This document shows positions 34,943 through 43,770 of a stretch of 64,000 nucleotides of DNA, one piece after another; position 1 is the first letter of the stretch, and every line of letters begins with the position of its first letter. Below the pieces are notes generated by a model, which was not told the DNA's origin, did no database searches, and saw nothing but the letters and a program-made list of their open reading frames with translations. The translations under genes and the position numbers were made by a program. Source of the DNA: Candidatus Spongiisociaceae bacterium (GTDB lineage Bacteria > Actinomycetota > Acidimicrobiia > Spongiisociales > Spongiisociaceae); assembly GCA_965262915.1 (NCBI GenBank), contig OZ253564.1, positions 2,176,001 to 2,240,000 on the forward strand. Direction: 5' to 3'.

Positions 34943-37135
34943 ATGAACATCGAATTCGACGGAACCGAGGTTGCGTTCGACGAGGGCGACTCGGTGTTCA
35001 CCGCCGTGTGGCGGGCCGGGTTGCGACCCTGGGGCGGATGTCTGTGCGCGGAGGGGGACTGTCCCTACTGCCTGATCACCGTGGACGGTATCTCGTACCG
35101 GCGCGCCTGCCGGACACCCGCCGAGGACGGTGTGTCTGCTGTCTCCCATCCCGGCGACGGTTACCCACCCCTGCCGTCGGGTCACGGGGAGACGGAGGTC
35201 GGCTTCGAGATGATCCACTGCGACACGGTCGTGATCGGGCAGGGCCGTTCGGGTAGGGCGGCTGCTTCGAGAGCAAGGGAGCAGGACCGCCGGGTGGTCA
35301 CCCTCGACTCACGAATGGGGCGCCACGCGGTGGGCGTGTACCCGGGTCCCGAAGTGGTCGCCCGGACCCCGAAAGGCATGGCCCGGATCTTCTGCGTCGA
35401 CGTCGTGGTCGCTACCGGTGTGGTCGAGGTCCAGCCGGTCTGCCCGGGTAACCAACTGGCCGGCATATTGACCAAGCGGGCGTCCGAGCGGCTGGCGGCT
35501 GCTGGAGTCGGGCTGGGGAGGGCGGTGGCGGTCGGTTCTCCCCCGGAGGGGGTCGAGTGCGAGCGGTCCGAGGGAAGGCTGGTGCGGTTCGAGGGGGGAG
35601 GATCGGTCCGGGCGGTGGTGACGGCCGATGACCACACGGGTGTCGAACGCGTCTATCACTGCGACACCGCGGTGGTGGGGTTGGGCACCGGGCCGCGCGA
35701 CACTCTCGCCCGGATGGCATCGGGTATCCCAGGCGTGCGGACGGCGGGAGGCGCGGCCGGCGATCTCGAGCAGCCGCCCGTTCCGGAGGTGGGCATCGTC
35801 TGTCCGTGCTCGGGTGTCACCGTGGACGATCTGCATTCCGTGTGGGACCGGGGATTTCACGAGTTGGAGCTGATCAAACGGTCCACATTGGCCGGAACCG
35901 GTGTGTGCCAGGGTGCGGTGTGCATGCCGCACGTTCGCAGTTTCGTAGCCGCCGGCGATGCGGAATTGCCGCCATCCTTCACAGCGCGCCCGGTGGCCAC
36001 CCAGATCACTATGGGGGAGGCGGCAGCCGGTTGGTACCACCCCGCCGATCGCCGGACCGCCCTCCACGAGCAGCATCTGGCGTTGGATGCCACGATGGAG
36101 CGGGTCGGCGGTTGGTACCGGCCCTGGACCTACGGTGATCCCGACGGCGAGTACTGGGCGGTGCGGGGCATGGTGTCGATCTGCGACGTGAGCACCCTGG
36201 GCAAGTTCCTCGTCTCGGGTCCGGACGCGGTGGAGTTCCTGGAGCGTACCTACCCGACCCCCATCGCCACCATCCGGCCCGGTCGAGCCAAGTACGTGCT
36301 GGCACTCGACGAGCGGGGTTATGTCTTCGACGACGGAATCGTGTGCCGGGAGGCCGAGACCCGGTTCTTCCTCACCTTCAACTCGGCGGGGGCCGACCAC
36401 GCGGAGATGTGGTTGCGTGATTGGGCCGAGACGTGGCGGATGGACGTCCGGATCCTTGACCGGACCGCCTCGTGGGGGGCGATCAACGTCACGGGTCCGT
36501 TGTCCGACGAGCTCCTCGCCAGAGTCGGGGTGACCGATCCGCCGTCCTTCATGAGCCATAGACCGATGGAGGTGGCCGGCGTGGCCTGCCGGGTGCTACG
36601 GCTGAGCTTCACTGGCGAGCGCTCCTACGAGCTTCACCACCAGGCAGGAGACTCGGTCCGTTTGTGGTCATCCCTGATGGAAGGGGGGAGCCGCCTCGGG
36701 GTACGGCCCCACGGCCTGGAAGTGCTGGAGGAGCTGCGCCTCGACAAGGGCCACATCCTGGTGGGGGTGGACAGTCTCCCCGACTCCACCCCTCGCCGTC
36801 TGGGTCATGACTGGGCGGTTCGGATGGACAAGGGGGATTTCGTCGGCCGCCGAGCGGTGTCCAGGACCTCGCGGTCGCCCTTGGACAAGCTCCTGGTGGG
36901 CCTGGAGATGGAAGGCTCGCCCCCTCCGCGCGGCGCCATCATGCGGGTGGGAGGGGACTATGCGGGATTCGTGACCTCCGGCGCCCGCTCCCGGGTGCTC
37001 GACAAGTCGATCATGCTGGCCTGGCTGTATGCGATCGACGACAGGTTCGCTGATGAGGTCGCCGTCGACGGACGGACCGCCCGGCGGGTCCCGCTGCCCT
37101 TCTACGACCCGGAGCACACCCGTGCCCGTGGCTGA
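34943..37135 (+). CDS. Sarcosine oxidase alpha-like fusion (2Fe-2S, short flavin domain, BFD-like Cys cluster, GcvT domain)
   Basis: CLCAEGDCPYC...RAC; VCPCSGVT...ELIKR...GTGVCQGAVC; DVSTLGKF, SFTGERSYEL, LRLDKGH. Confidence 0.82.
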   Translation: MNIEFDGTEVAFDEGDSVFTAVWRAGLRPWGGCLCAEGDCPYCLITVDGISYRRACRTPAEDGVSAVSHPGDGYPPLPSGHGETEVGFEMIHCDTVVIGQGRSGRAAASRAREQDRRVVTLDSRMGRHAVGVYPGPEVVARTPKGMARIFCVDVVVATGVVEVQPVCPGNQLAGILTKRASERLAAAGVGLGRAVAVGSPPEGVECERSEGRLVRFEGGGSVRAVVTADDHTGVERVYHCDTAVVGLGTGPRDTLARMASGIPGVRTAGGAAGDLEQPPVPEVGIVCPCSGVTVDDLHSVWDRGFHELELIKRSTLAGTGVCQGAVCMPHVRSFVAAGDAELPPSFTARPVATQITMGEAAAGWYHPADRRTALHEQHLALDATMERVGGWYRPWTYGDPDGEYWAVRGMVSICDVSTLGKFLVSGPDAVEFLERTYPTPIATIRPGRAKYVLALDERGYVFDDGIVCREAETRFFLTFNSAGADHAEMWLRDWAETWRMDVRILDRTASWGAINVTGPLSDELLARVGVTDPPSFMSHRPMEVAGVACRVLRLSFTGERSYELHHQAGDSVRLWSSLMEGGSRLGVRPHGLEVLEELRLDKGHILVGVDSLPDSTPRRLGHDWAVRMDKGDFVGRRAVSRTSRSPLDKLLVGLEMEGSPPPRGAIMRVGGDYAGFVTSGARSRVLDKSIMLAWLYAIDDRFADEVAVDGRTARRVPLPFYDPEHTRARG

Positions 37136-37529
37136 TCGGTTCGAGCGCCTGGCCGCCACCAGGGTCGTGGCCGACCCGGCGGCTCTCGATGCGGTGGAGG
37201 CTCCGGAAGGCGGTTACGTGATGCGGCCGGCGCCGGACGATCTCCTGGTGCTGCCCGCCGTCAGCCGGATCGATGTTGCCGACCACCATGCCATCATCGA
37301 GCCTGAAGAGGGGTTCTCCGGAGCGTGGTTCGACGAACCGGAGTGGCCTCGGTTGCAAGCGGTTTGTGGGTGGCAGTTCCCCCGGCGCCGTCCGGCCTTC
37401 GCCCAAGGCCACATCGCTGGCATACCGACCAAGCTGTTCTTCACCGAGGGCCGGCTGCTGGTCCTGGTTCCGACGGTTGTGGCACACCATCTGGCCGACC
37501 GCCTCCAGACCGGCGGTCGGCAGGTATGA
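37128..37529 (+). CDS. Small protein, probable sarcosine oxidase gamma-like subunit
   Basis: GTG overlaps the alpha stop and its stop overlaps the beta ATG; R.APDD.LV and ....AHHLADRL patterns; called mainly from operon position. Confidence 0.55.
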   Translation: MADRFERLAATRVVADPAALDAVEAPEGGYVMRPAPDDLLVLPAVSRIDVADHHAIIEPEEGFSGAWFDEPEWPRLQAVCGWQFPRRRPAFAQGHIAGIPTKLFFTEGRLLVLVPTVVAHHLADRLQTGGRQV

Positions 37530-38740
37530 ACGAGTTCATCGAAGCCCATATAGCTCTCACCTGGCAGGATCTGCGGTCTTCGTACGACGTGGTGATCGTG
37601 GGGGGAGGCGGCCACGGTCTCTCGACCGCCTATCATCTCGCAACCCGGCATGGCATCACCAACGTTGCGGTACTGGAACGCGGCTACATCGGATCCGGCA
37701 ATTCCGGTCGCAACACGACGGTCATCAGAGCCAACTACGGCATTCCCGAGGCGGTCCGGTTCTACCAGCGGAGCGTCGATCTCTATTCCAGACTGGAGGA
37801 GGAGACGGGGCGCTGGATAATGCACGATCGCAAGGGCCTGCTCTGGCTGGTCCACGGCGTGCCGGGTACGCGCAACGAGCGGGCCCGCTCGATCATCAAC
37901 CAGGCCTTCGGAGCGGACACCGAGTACGTGACGGCTTCGGAGGTAGGCGAGATCTGCCCGGAGGTGGATCTGAATGCAGGGGGCGGCGAGTACCGCGTTC
38001 TGGGTGGTTCCTACAGCCCCCACGCCGCTACCGCCCGCCACGACCGGGTGGTATGGGCGCTGGCCGAGGGCGCCATGAAGCGGGGCGTGCACGTTCACCA
38101 GCGCACCGCGGTGACCGGGCTCATCAAGTCCGGGAACCGGGTCACGGGAGTACTCACCGACCGGGGACCGGTGTCGGCGGGCATCGTGGTGAGCGCTGTG
38201 GGGGGCCACGTGTCGTCGCTGGCTGCCATGGCCGGCGTGCGGTTACCCATCCGAACCCACCCGCTGCAGGCGTTCGTCACCAACCATTACGCCCGGGCCT
38301 TCCGTCCCATAGTCGCATCGGTGGATCTGGGCTTCTACGTCAGCCAGACTGCCCGGGGAGAGATGCTGGTGGGTGGCGGAATCGACCTGCAGCCGAGCTA
38401 CTCGTACCGTTCCAGCTACGAGTTCCTTTCCTTCTGCTCCCTGTCCGCGGTCACCCTGCTGCCGTTCCTTCGTGACCTCAAAGTCCTGCGCCAGTGGACG
38501 GGGGTGTGTGATATGCCGATCGATATGTCCCCGATCATGGGACGGACCGGAGTGGACGGGTTCCTGGTCACCACCGGCTGGGGAACCTGGGGTTTCAAGG
38601 CGATTCCCGCAGGGGGCGAGCAGATGGCGGAGTTGATCGCCACCGACCGTACCCCCGAGCTGATCGCCCCGTTCTCCCTGAGCCGGTTCAAGTACGATCG
38701 GCTGATGTTCGACCCCGGCTCGACGGGAACCACGCACTGA
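37526..38740 (+). CDS. Sarcosine oxidase beta-like FAD-dependent oxidoreductase
   Basis: YDVVIVGGGGHGL.TAY.LA..HGITNVAVLE.G.IG.GNSGRNTT.IR.NY; GWGTWGFKA.P. Confidence 0.9.
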   Translation: MNEFIEAHIALTWQDLRSSYDVVIVGGGGHGLSTAYHLATRHGITNVAVLERGYIGSGNSGRNTTVIRANYGIPEAVRFYQRSVDLYSRLEEETGRWIMHDRKGLLWLVHGVPGTRNERARSIINQAFGADTEYVTASEVGEICPEVDLNAGGGEYRVLGGSYSPHAATARHDRVVWALAEGAMKRGVHVHQRTAVTGLIKSGNRVTGVLTDRGPVSAGIVVSAVGGHVSSLAAMAGVRLPIRTHPLQAFVTNHYARAFRPIVASVDLGFYVSQTARGEMLVGGGIDLQPSYSYRSSYEFLSFCSLSAVTLLPFLRDLKVLRQWTGVCDMPIDMSPIMGRTGVDGFLVTTGWGTWGFKAIPAGGEQMAELIATDRTPELIAPFSLSRFKYDRLMFDPGSTGTTH

Positions 38741-38967
38741 TGGTCCTGCGCCTGGCGTGCCCCCACTGCGGTCCCCGCCCGGTCACCGAATGGGTCTACG
38801 CAGAGGCGCCCGATCCGCCCGACCACCTCACCGACCCCGACGAGCGGGACGTGGACCGCGGGTTCATGATCGGAAACACGGAGGGCGCCAACCAGGAGCG
38901 CTGGTTCCACGCCGGGGGCTGCCGCCGCTGGCACACCATCAGGAGGGATACCACCCTCGACCACTGA
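38740..38967 (+). CDS. Sarcosine oxidase delta subunit
   Basis: CPHCGPR...E ... ERWFH..GCRRW....RDT. Confidence 0.88.
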   Translation: MVLRLACPHCGPRPVTEWVYAEAPDPPDHLTDPDERDVDRGFMIGNTEGANQERWFHAGGCRRWHTIRRDTTLDH

Positions 38968-39004
38968 GCGGGCGGACCGGTGCGTGTCCCCTCTCGCCCA
39001 GACC

Positions 39005-39032
39005 GTCATACGCAGTATTCTTCGTGTATGAC
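39005..39032 (+). promoter_or_regulatory. Candidate TA autoregulatory operator and leaderless promoter
   Basis: GTCATAC...GTATGAC inverted repeat brackets the TATTCT -10 box (39016-39021) and the ATG. Confidence 0.6.
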
Positions 39033-39279
39033 AGTATTGAGTTTTCGGATGGCGGCTGAAGAGATAGCCGAGGTGGGCCGTTGGGCAGACCGGCTGGGCG
39101 TCGGGAGGTCGGAGTTCATACGCGAGTCGCTGCGCCGCCATCTCAGGTGGCTGGCGTCGGCGGAGGACGCTGATCGGTGGGAAGAGGAGCCGCTGAGCGC
39201 AGGGGAGTCGGCGCTTGCAGAGATCGCCGACTGGGGAGTGGCAGAGGATTGGTCGGATTGGGACGATGAGACAAGGTGA
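39028..39279 (+). CDS. RHH/CopG antitoxin (MazE5-like)
   Basis: MTVLSFR...WA.RLGV.RSE..R..LRRHL...IADWG.AEDWSDW. Confidence 0.85.
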   Translation: MTVLSFRMAAEEIAEVGRWADRLGVGRSEFIRESLRRHLRWLASAEDADRWEEEPLSAGESALAEIADWGVAEDWSDWDDETR

Positions 39280-39574
39280 GATCTGGTTCGCGGCTACTCC
39301 CGGCGGAGACCGTCCGGTTCTCGTGCTGACCCGCGATCCGGTTGCCGACCGTATCGGTTCCGTGGTGGTGGCATCGCTCACCAGGACCCGGCGCGGTCTC
39401 GTGTCGGAGTTGTTCTTGACTGCGCACCGGGACGGGATACCCACGGACTGCGTGGTGAACTTCGACAACATCCACACGATCCCGCGCTCGGCCCTCCGCC
39501 GTTTCGTCGCGCAGCTGCCCTCGGATCGGATCATCGAAGCCTGCAGGGTCCTCCGCGACGCCTTGGGGTGTTGA
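39266..39574 (+). CDS. mazF: PemK/MazF toxin (MazF5-like)
   Basis: GEIWFAATPGGDRPVLVLTRDPVADRI..VVV..LTRT.RGLVSEL, CVVNFDNIHT. Confidence 0.9.
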   Translation: MRQGEIWFAATPGGDRPVLVLTRDPVADRIGSVVVASLTRTRRGLVSELFLTAHRDGIPTDCVVNFDNIHTIPRSALRRFVAQLPSDRIIEACRVLRDALGC

Positions 39575-39578
39575 ACTT

Positions 39579-40493
39579 CTACGAGATCCCGGCCACCAGC
39601 GACCGGCACACCCCGTCGAGGATGTCGTGGCCGGTCACGGTGATCTCACTCAGCCCGAGAATCCGAAGCGAGGTCTCGGCCACGACGGTGCCGCCGACGA
39701 TGATCGGCGCCCGTTCGGGGTTGAGGGAGGGAATGGCCCGCTTCTCCCCCAGGGTGAGCGAGCCCAGCCACGTGACCATGGCCTCCACGTCCGCGAGGCG
39801 CAGGGTGGCTCCTTCCACTGCCGGGGAGTCGTAGGTGTCGAGGCCGAGGTGCATGGCGGCCAGGCTGGTCCAGGTCCCGGCCGTTCCCATCGCTTTGTCT
39901 CGGCGCGGCAGGTCCGCGGCTCCCATCACACGGGAGGCTTCCCGGCGGGCTGCCGCGAGGTCGCCGGGGGTGGCGGGATGGTTCGGCAGGCATCGCTCGG
40001 TGAGCCGGACGGATCCGATGTCGGTCGACACCCCTCCCTGGTCGGTGACGATCTCGGTGCTTCCTCCACCGACATCGACCACGACCGTGGCGGCGGGGTC
40101 GGGAGCGGATCCGGTTGCTCCGGCGAACACGAGGACCGCCTCCTCCTCGCCTCCGATGATGTCGGGCCGGAACCCCAGGGCGCGCCGGGCTGCCTCGACG
40201 AGCTCGTCCCGGTTGGCGCCGTCGCGCGCCGCCGAGGTCGCCACCGCCCTGGCCGCCTGCACACCCGACTCCCTGATCCGGCTGCCATAGACCGCCAGGA
40301 CGCGGGTGGTGCGCTCCATGGCTCCTGCTGACAGCCGCCCCGAAGTGTCCACGCCCCTACCCAGACCGGTTACCGTCTCGATGCGCTCCACGTCCACGAG
40401 CCCGACCTCGGTCACGTCGGCGATCAGGAGGCGGGTGGAGTTGGTGCCCATGTCCACCGCCGCGACCCGTGTCGCGGCGCGGCGTGCGCTCAA
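39579..40493 (-). CDS. ppx: Ppx/GppA family phosphatase
   Basis: AAVDMGTNSTRLL, ATSAARD, I.G.EEA...F.GA, VDVGGGSTE, IGSVRLTER; TTG start overlaps the upstream stop. Confidence 0.92.
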   Translation of the reverse strand: MSARRAATRVAAVDMGTNSTRLLIADVTEVGLVDVERIETVTGLGRGVDTSGRLSAGAMERTTRVLAVYGSRIRESGVQAARAVATSAARDGANRDELVEAARRALGFRPDIIGGEEEAVLVFAGATGSAPDPAATVVVDVGGGSTEIVTDQGGVSTDIGSVRLTERCLPNHPATPGDLAAARREASRVMGAADLPRRDKAMGTAGTWTSLAAMHLGLDTYDSPAVEGATLRLADVEAMVTWLGSLTLGEKRAIPSLNPERAPIIVGGTVVAETSLRILGLSEITVTGHDILDGVCRSLVAGIS

Positions 40494-41497
40494 GAGTCGA
40501 ATGCCGGCGCGGCAGGCCCCTTGCGGACGCAAGCCGCCCACACCGTTTCGTAGTGGTCGACGTCGTAGGAGTCGATGTGGGGGAGCACCATCATCTCCCA
40601 TGCGCGCCGCAGCGGGTCCTTGCGGGTGCCGAACATCATCAGGCCGGCAGGGATCCGGTCCAGCACGGTACGCAGGCTGATCGGGGTCTCGACCCGGGTG
40701 CCCGGGTCGGTGGAGAGGAACGAGCTGTTGATCTCGGTGGCCAGGCGGCTGATGTGCTTGACGTAGGGGTCTCGCATCGAGGGATAGCGGCGGACCAGCA
40801 TCGCCTCGATCTCCGAGGAGTCGGGGAACTCCTTTTCCCAGATCACCCACCGGTCGGCGAAGGCCTTGTTGAGGGTCTGGGTGCCGGCGTAGTCGCGCAG
40901 GTCGGTCGGGTTCATGGTTCCGAAGAGGCGCACGTCGTCGCGCAGGGCGACGGACTCGCCGGTGGGGAGGTCGAGGGCCGAGTAACGGTCCAGCAGTCCG
41001 TGGAGGGCGAAGAGGGTCTCGGCGCCCGCCGCGTTGAGCTCGGAGAGGTTGACCAGCGCCGGTCCCCGGAGCGCCCGGGTGATGTCTCCGTCCTCCCAGC
41101 GGCTCTCGGTGCCGCCCATACCGTCCCCGTAGAGCTTCACCGAGCCGATGAGGGTGATGTCCCGTACCTCACCGGTGAGAGGCACCCGGTAGTAGGGGAG
41201 CCGGAGGAGGGCGGCGAACTGCTCGATGTCGTGGTCCTTGCCGGTTCCCATGTGACCCCGTACCGCCAGGTGGAGAGGAACGGTCCCCTCGGGCTTCTCC
41301 CGGCGGATCTTCTCCACTTGGGCGAACCGGTAGAGCATTCCCACGTCGACGTAGTTGGGGTCCGGTTCGGGGATCTTGGCGACGCGCTGGTGATGGTCCC
41401 GCAACCCCACCTCGGGCACCACGAGGGTTTCGAGCTCGATGGGCCGGCCCGCCCCGGTCGGGTCGGTGAAGGTGACTGCTCGCGGGCGTTCAGGCAC
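40490..41497 (-). CDS. MoxR/CbbQ/NorQ-like AAA+ ATPase with atypical Walker motifs
   Basis: GHMGTGKD, LIG, W.DG.ITRALR, LVNLSELN, TMNP..YAGT..LN.AFADRW, ISLR; GTG at 41497 overlaps the vWA stop. Confidence 0.85.
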   Translation of the reverse strand: MPERPRAVTFTDPTGAGRPIELETLVVPEVGLRDHHQRVAKIPEPDPNYVDVGMLYRFAQVEKIRREKPEGTVPLHLAVRGHMGTGKDHDIEQFAALLRLPYYRVPLTGEVRDITLIGSVKLYGDGMGGTESRWEDGDITRALRGPALVNLSELNAAGAETLFALHGLLDRYSALDLPTGESVALRDDVRLFGTMNPTDLRDYAGTQTLNKAFADRWVIWEKEFPDSSEIEAMLVRRYPSMRDPYVKHISRLATEINSSFLSTDPGTRVETPISLRTVLDRIPAGLMMFGTRKDPLRRAWEMMVLPHIDSYDVDHYETVWAACVRKGPAAPAFDS

Positions 41498-43610
41498 TGC
41501 GGCGCTCCGCGGGTCGGATGGTCGGGCTTTGTCGCGCGCTTTCCCGTCCGGCACGGGACCACCAGGTGTCCTCCCCGTGCAGGGCCAGCCCGCGGCAGAG
41601 CGCCATCCTGACCCCCGCCACCATCGAGTTGGCCAGCTCGTCGGGCCGCGAGATCACCTGGTGGTAACGGTAGGCGGCGACGACGGTGTCGTCCCCCACC
41701 CCGATCCCCAGTACCGTGGTGCCATTCCCGTCCACCTCCTCGACCGATCGGGCCAGCGCCTCCACTGATCCCCGGGTCATCCCGTCGGCCAGCACCACCA
41801 GTACCCGCACATGAGCGCCGTGGTTGGCGAGGCGCTCGGCGGCGTAGGTGACGTTGAACTCGTCGACGTTGGCGGCCTTCTCGAAGAGCGACACCGGCGG
41901 CGTCTCCCTGGGCGCCCGGCGGGCCTCGAGGCCGGCCTCTCCGGTCTTGGCCGCGGTCCAGAATAGCCCTGCCAGGACATCGTCGGACCGCCTCCACGGT
42001 TCGTTGAAACTCGAGAGCAGGTAGTGGTTGACCGTCGAGGTGAGCCGGTCGGCGGCCGTGCCGTGGGACTGCCGCAACTCGCTGATGGCCGCGGTCCGGC
42101 GGCGCGAGTAGGTCCACTCGGTGTCGTCGACACGGGCCGCGAACGCCCTGTTGAAGAGGGCCACCTCGAAGTCGACCTGGAGTTCGTTGCACATGGCCGC
42201 CAGCGTCCAAGCCCCCAACATTGCGGCGGCCAGGCCCCACGGACGCCGGTCGCGGGGCGCCGCAAGGCGGCGGGGTTGCAGCATGGACGCCGAACCGTCC
42301 ACCAGCACGCTCACCGCATACGACCGGCGCGTCGAGATGGAGCGGCGTTCGAACATGCGCTCGTATAGGCCGCCTCCGAGCAGGAGCGCCGCGTGAGGTG
42401 AGAGGTCTCCCGCGTCGAACCCCGACCGCAGGCCGCGCCGTTGGTTGGCCACGAACAGGGGATAGAGCTCGCCCGACACATGGCGCTGGTCGACACTCCA
42501 CTCACGGGCTGCTTCCTCCAGGGCTGTCCTACCACGGGCCGCGAAGCGACGGAACGGTTCGGGTACCCTGCCCACCGCCAGCTTTCCGCTCTGGCCGGTC
42601 GGCAGGTACACGACAGGGGCCTGGCTGACCCTGAGCAGCTGGTCCGTACCCTCGCCCGATGCCCGGTCCAGCTCGGCCGGTCTGCCGTTCGGGCCGGTCT
42701 GCCGCTCGGCCCCGCGGCGGGTCTCGCGGTAGCGCTCCGCGTCCTGGACGATCGGCGAGAACAGGCGCACCCGGTCGAGCCCCTCCGTCATCGCCTCAGC
42801 CTGGGCCTCCTCACGCTCGCGTTGCCTCGAGGGTTGCTCGTCGGGTCGGCTCCCGTAGACGAGACCGTGTACCTCGGCGACCGTCAGCAGCCGCATCGCC
42901 AGGTCGGCCACTTCCCAGGGGTCGTCGGCTGCAGCAGCCTTCTCGAGGATTCCCATGGCGTCGCGCCAGGCGGCGCCGGAGCGGGCGTCGAGGCGGCGCT
43001 CGAGTAGGCCGTCGTCCAGATACCCGCCCACCGTCATGAAGCACGCCACCGCGAAGCGGGCGAGCGGGCCGTGACGGCTCAGGGCGCCTGTGAGGGAGGC
43101 CCGGTAGAGATCCTCGAGAACCGAGCGGGCGCCCGGATAGTACGCCAGGCCCTGCCGTTCCTGGCGGGCGTCCTCGATGGCGAAGAACAGCGCCTCTGCC
43201 GGTGGACCACCCGCCCGGTCCAGAGCTTCGAGAAGGGTGAGCTCTTCCTCAGCGGGAGAATCGGCGCTGTCCGGTAGCCAGTCGCCGGGGAGGGATCGGC
43301 GCTCATCGAAGTCCGACGAGACCAGATGCACGACCTCGTGGAGGGCGGAAGCCAGAGCCGTCTCCTCGGGTGTCACCGGCGCCCGCCGGCCGTAGGCGGC
43401 CTGGAACAGGCCGGGGTCGATCACCACCTCGTGTTCGGAGGCCCGGCTCGAAGCGCCCAGCACCACGCGCAACTCCTCCTGTCCGGTCAGCGTGCGAGCC
43501 ACTCTGGTGACGGCGCTCGCCACGCGCTGGTAGCGCTCCACGACCGCCTCGATGGCCCGCCCCTCCGGAGGGAGGATCTCGGTGAGGAGCGATCTATCCC
43601 TTGGTACCAC
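41490..43610 (-). CDS. vWA-domain protein with N-terminal HExxH (CobT/NorD-like architecture)
   Basis: ALHEVVH, AIEDARQE; G.DAG.L, VSVLVDGSASM (MIDAS DxSxS), VLVVLADG, VLGIGVG. Confidence 0.82.
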   Translation of the reverse strand: MVPRDRSLLTEILPPEGRAIEAVVERYQRVASAVTRVARTLTGQEELRVVLGASSRASEHEVVIDPGLFQAAYGRRAPVTPEETALASALHEVVHLVSSDFDERRSLPGDWLPDSADSPAEEELTLLEALDRAGGPPAEALFFAIEDARQERQGLAYYPGARSVLEDLYRASLTGALSRHGPLARFAVACFMTVGGYLDDGLLERRLDARSGAAWRDAMGILEKAAAADDPWEVADLAMRLLTVAEVHGLVYGSRPDEQPSRQREREEAQAEAMTEGLDRVRLFSPIVQDAERYRETRRGAERQTGPNGRPAELDRASGEGTDQLLRVSQAPVVYLPTGQSGKLAVGRVPEPFRRFAARGRTALEEAAREWSVDQRHVSGELYPLFVANQRRGLRSGFDAGDLSPHAALLLGGGLYERMFERRSISTRRSYAVSVLVDGSASMLQPRRLAAPRDRRPWGLAAAMLGAWTLAAMCNELQVDFEVALFNRAFAARVDDTEWTYSRRRTAAISELRQSHGTAADRLTSTVNHYLLSSFNEPWRRSDDVLAGLFWTAAKTGEAGLEARRAPRETPPVSLFEKAANVDEFNVTYAAERLANHGAHVRVLVVLADGMTRGSVEALARSVEEVDGNGTTVLGIGVGDDTVVAAYRYHQVISRPDELANSMVAGVRMALCRGLALHGEDTWWSRAGRESARQSPTIRPAERRSA

Positions 43611-43672
43611 AACCCTTTATTGTTGCATACGGTCGCCGACCGGAGGAGTCGCTCCCGAGAGTCTATCCTCAG

Positions 43673-43769
43673 GAGGGTGCTCAGAAACGGTCAACTGGTT
43701 GGCCCGTCATCCGCCCACGTGGCATTTTGTCGTCGACCGCCGGGCCAACCGGGGTTATCGACCACCCCC
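43673..43769. mobile_element. Palindromic MITE, copy 3
   Basis: GAGGGTGCTCAGAAAC ... GTTATCGACCACCCCC; CTCAG duplicated at both flanks; interior collinear with 57358-57455. Confidence 0.8.
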
Positions 43770-43770
43770 C

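Noticed and set aside
40490-43610. Calling the pair cobS/cobT or norQ/norD
   Set aside because: The architecture is similar but no cobN, nor or cbb genes are nearby and the Walker motifs are atypical, so no symbol was assigned.
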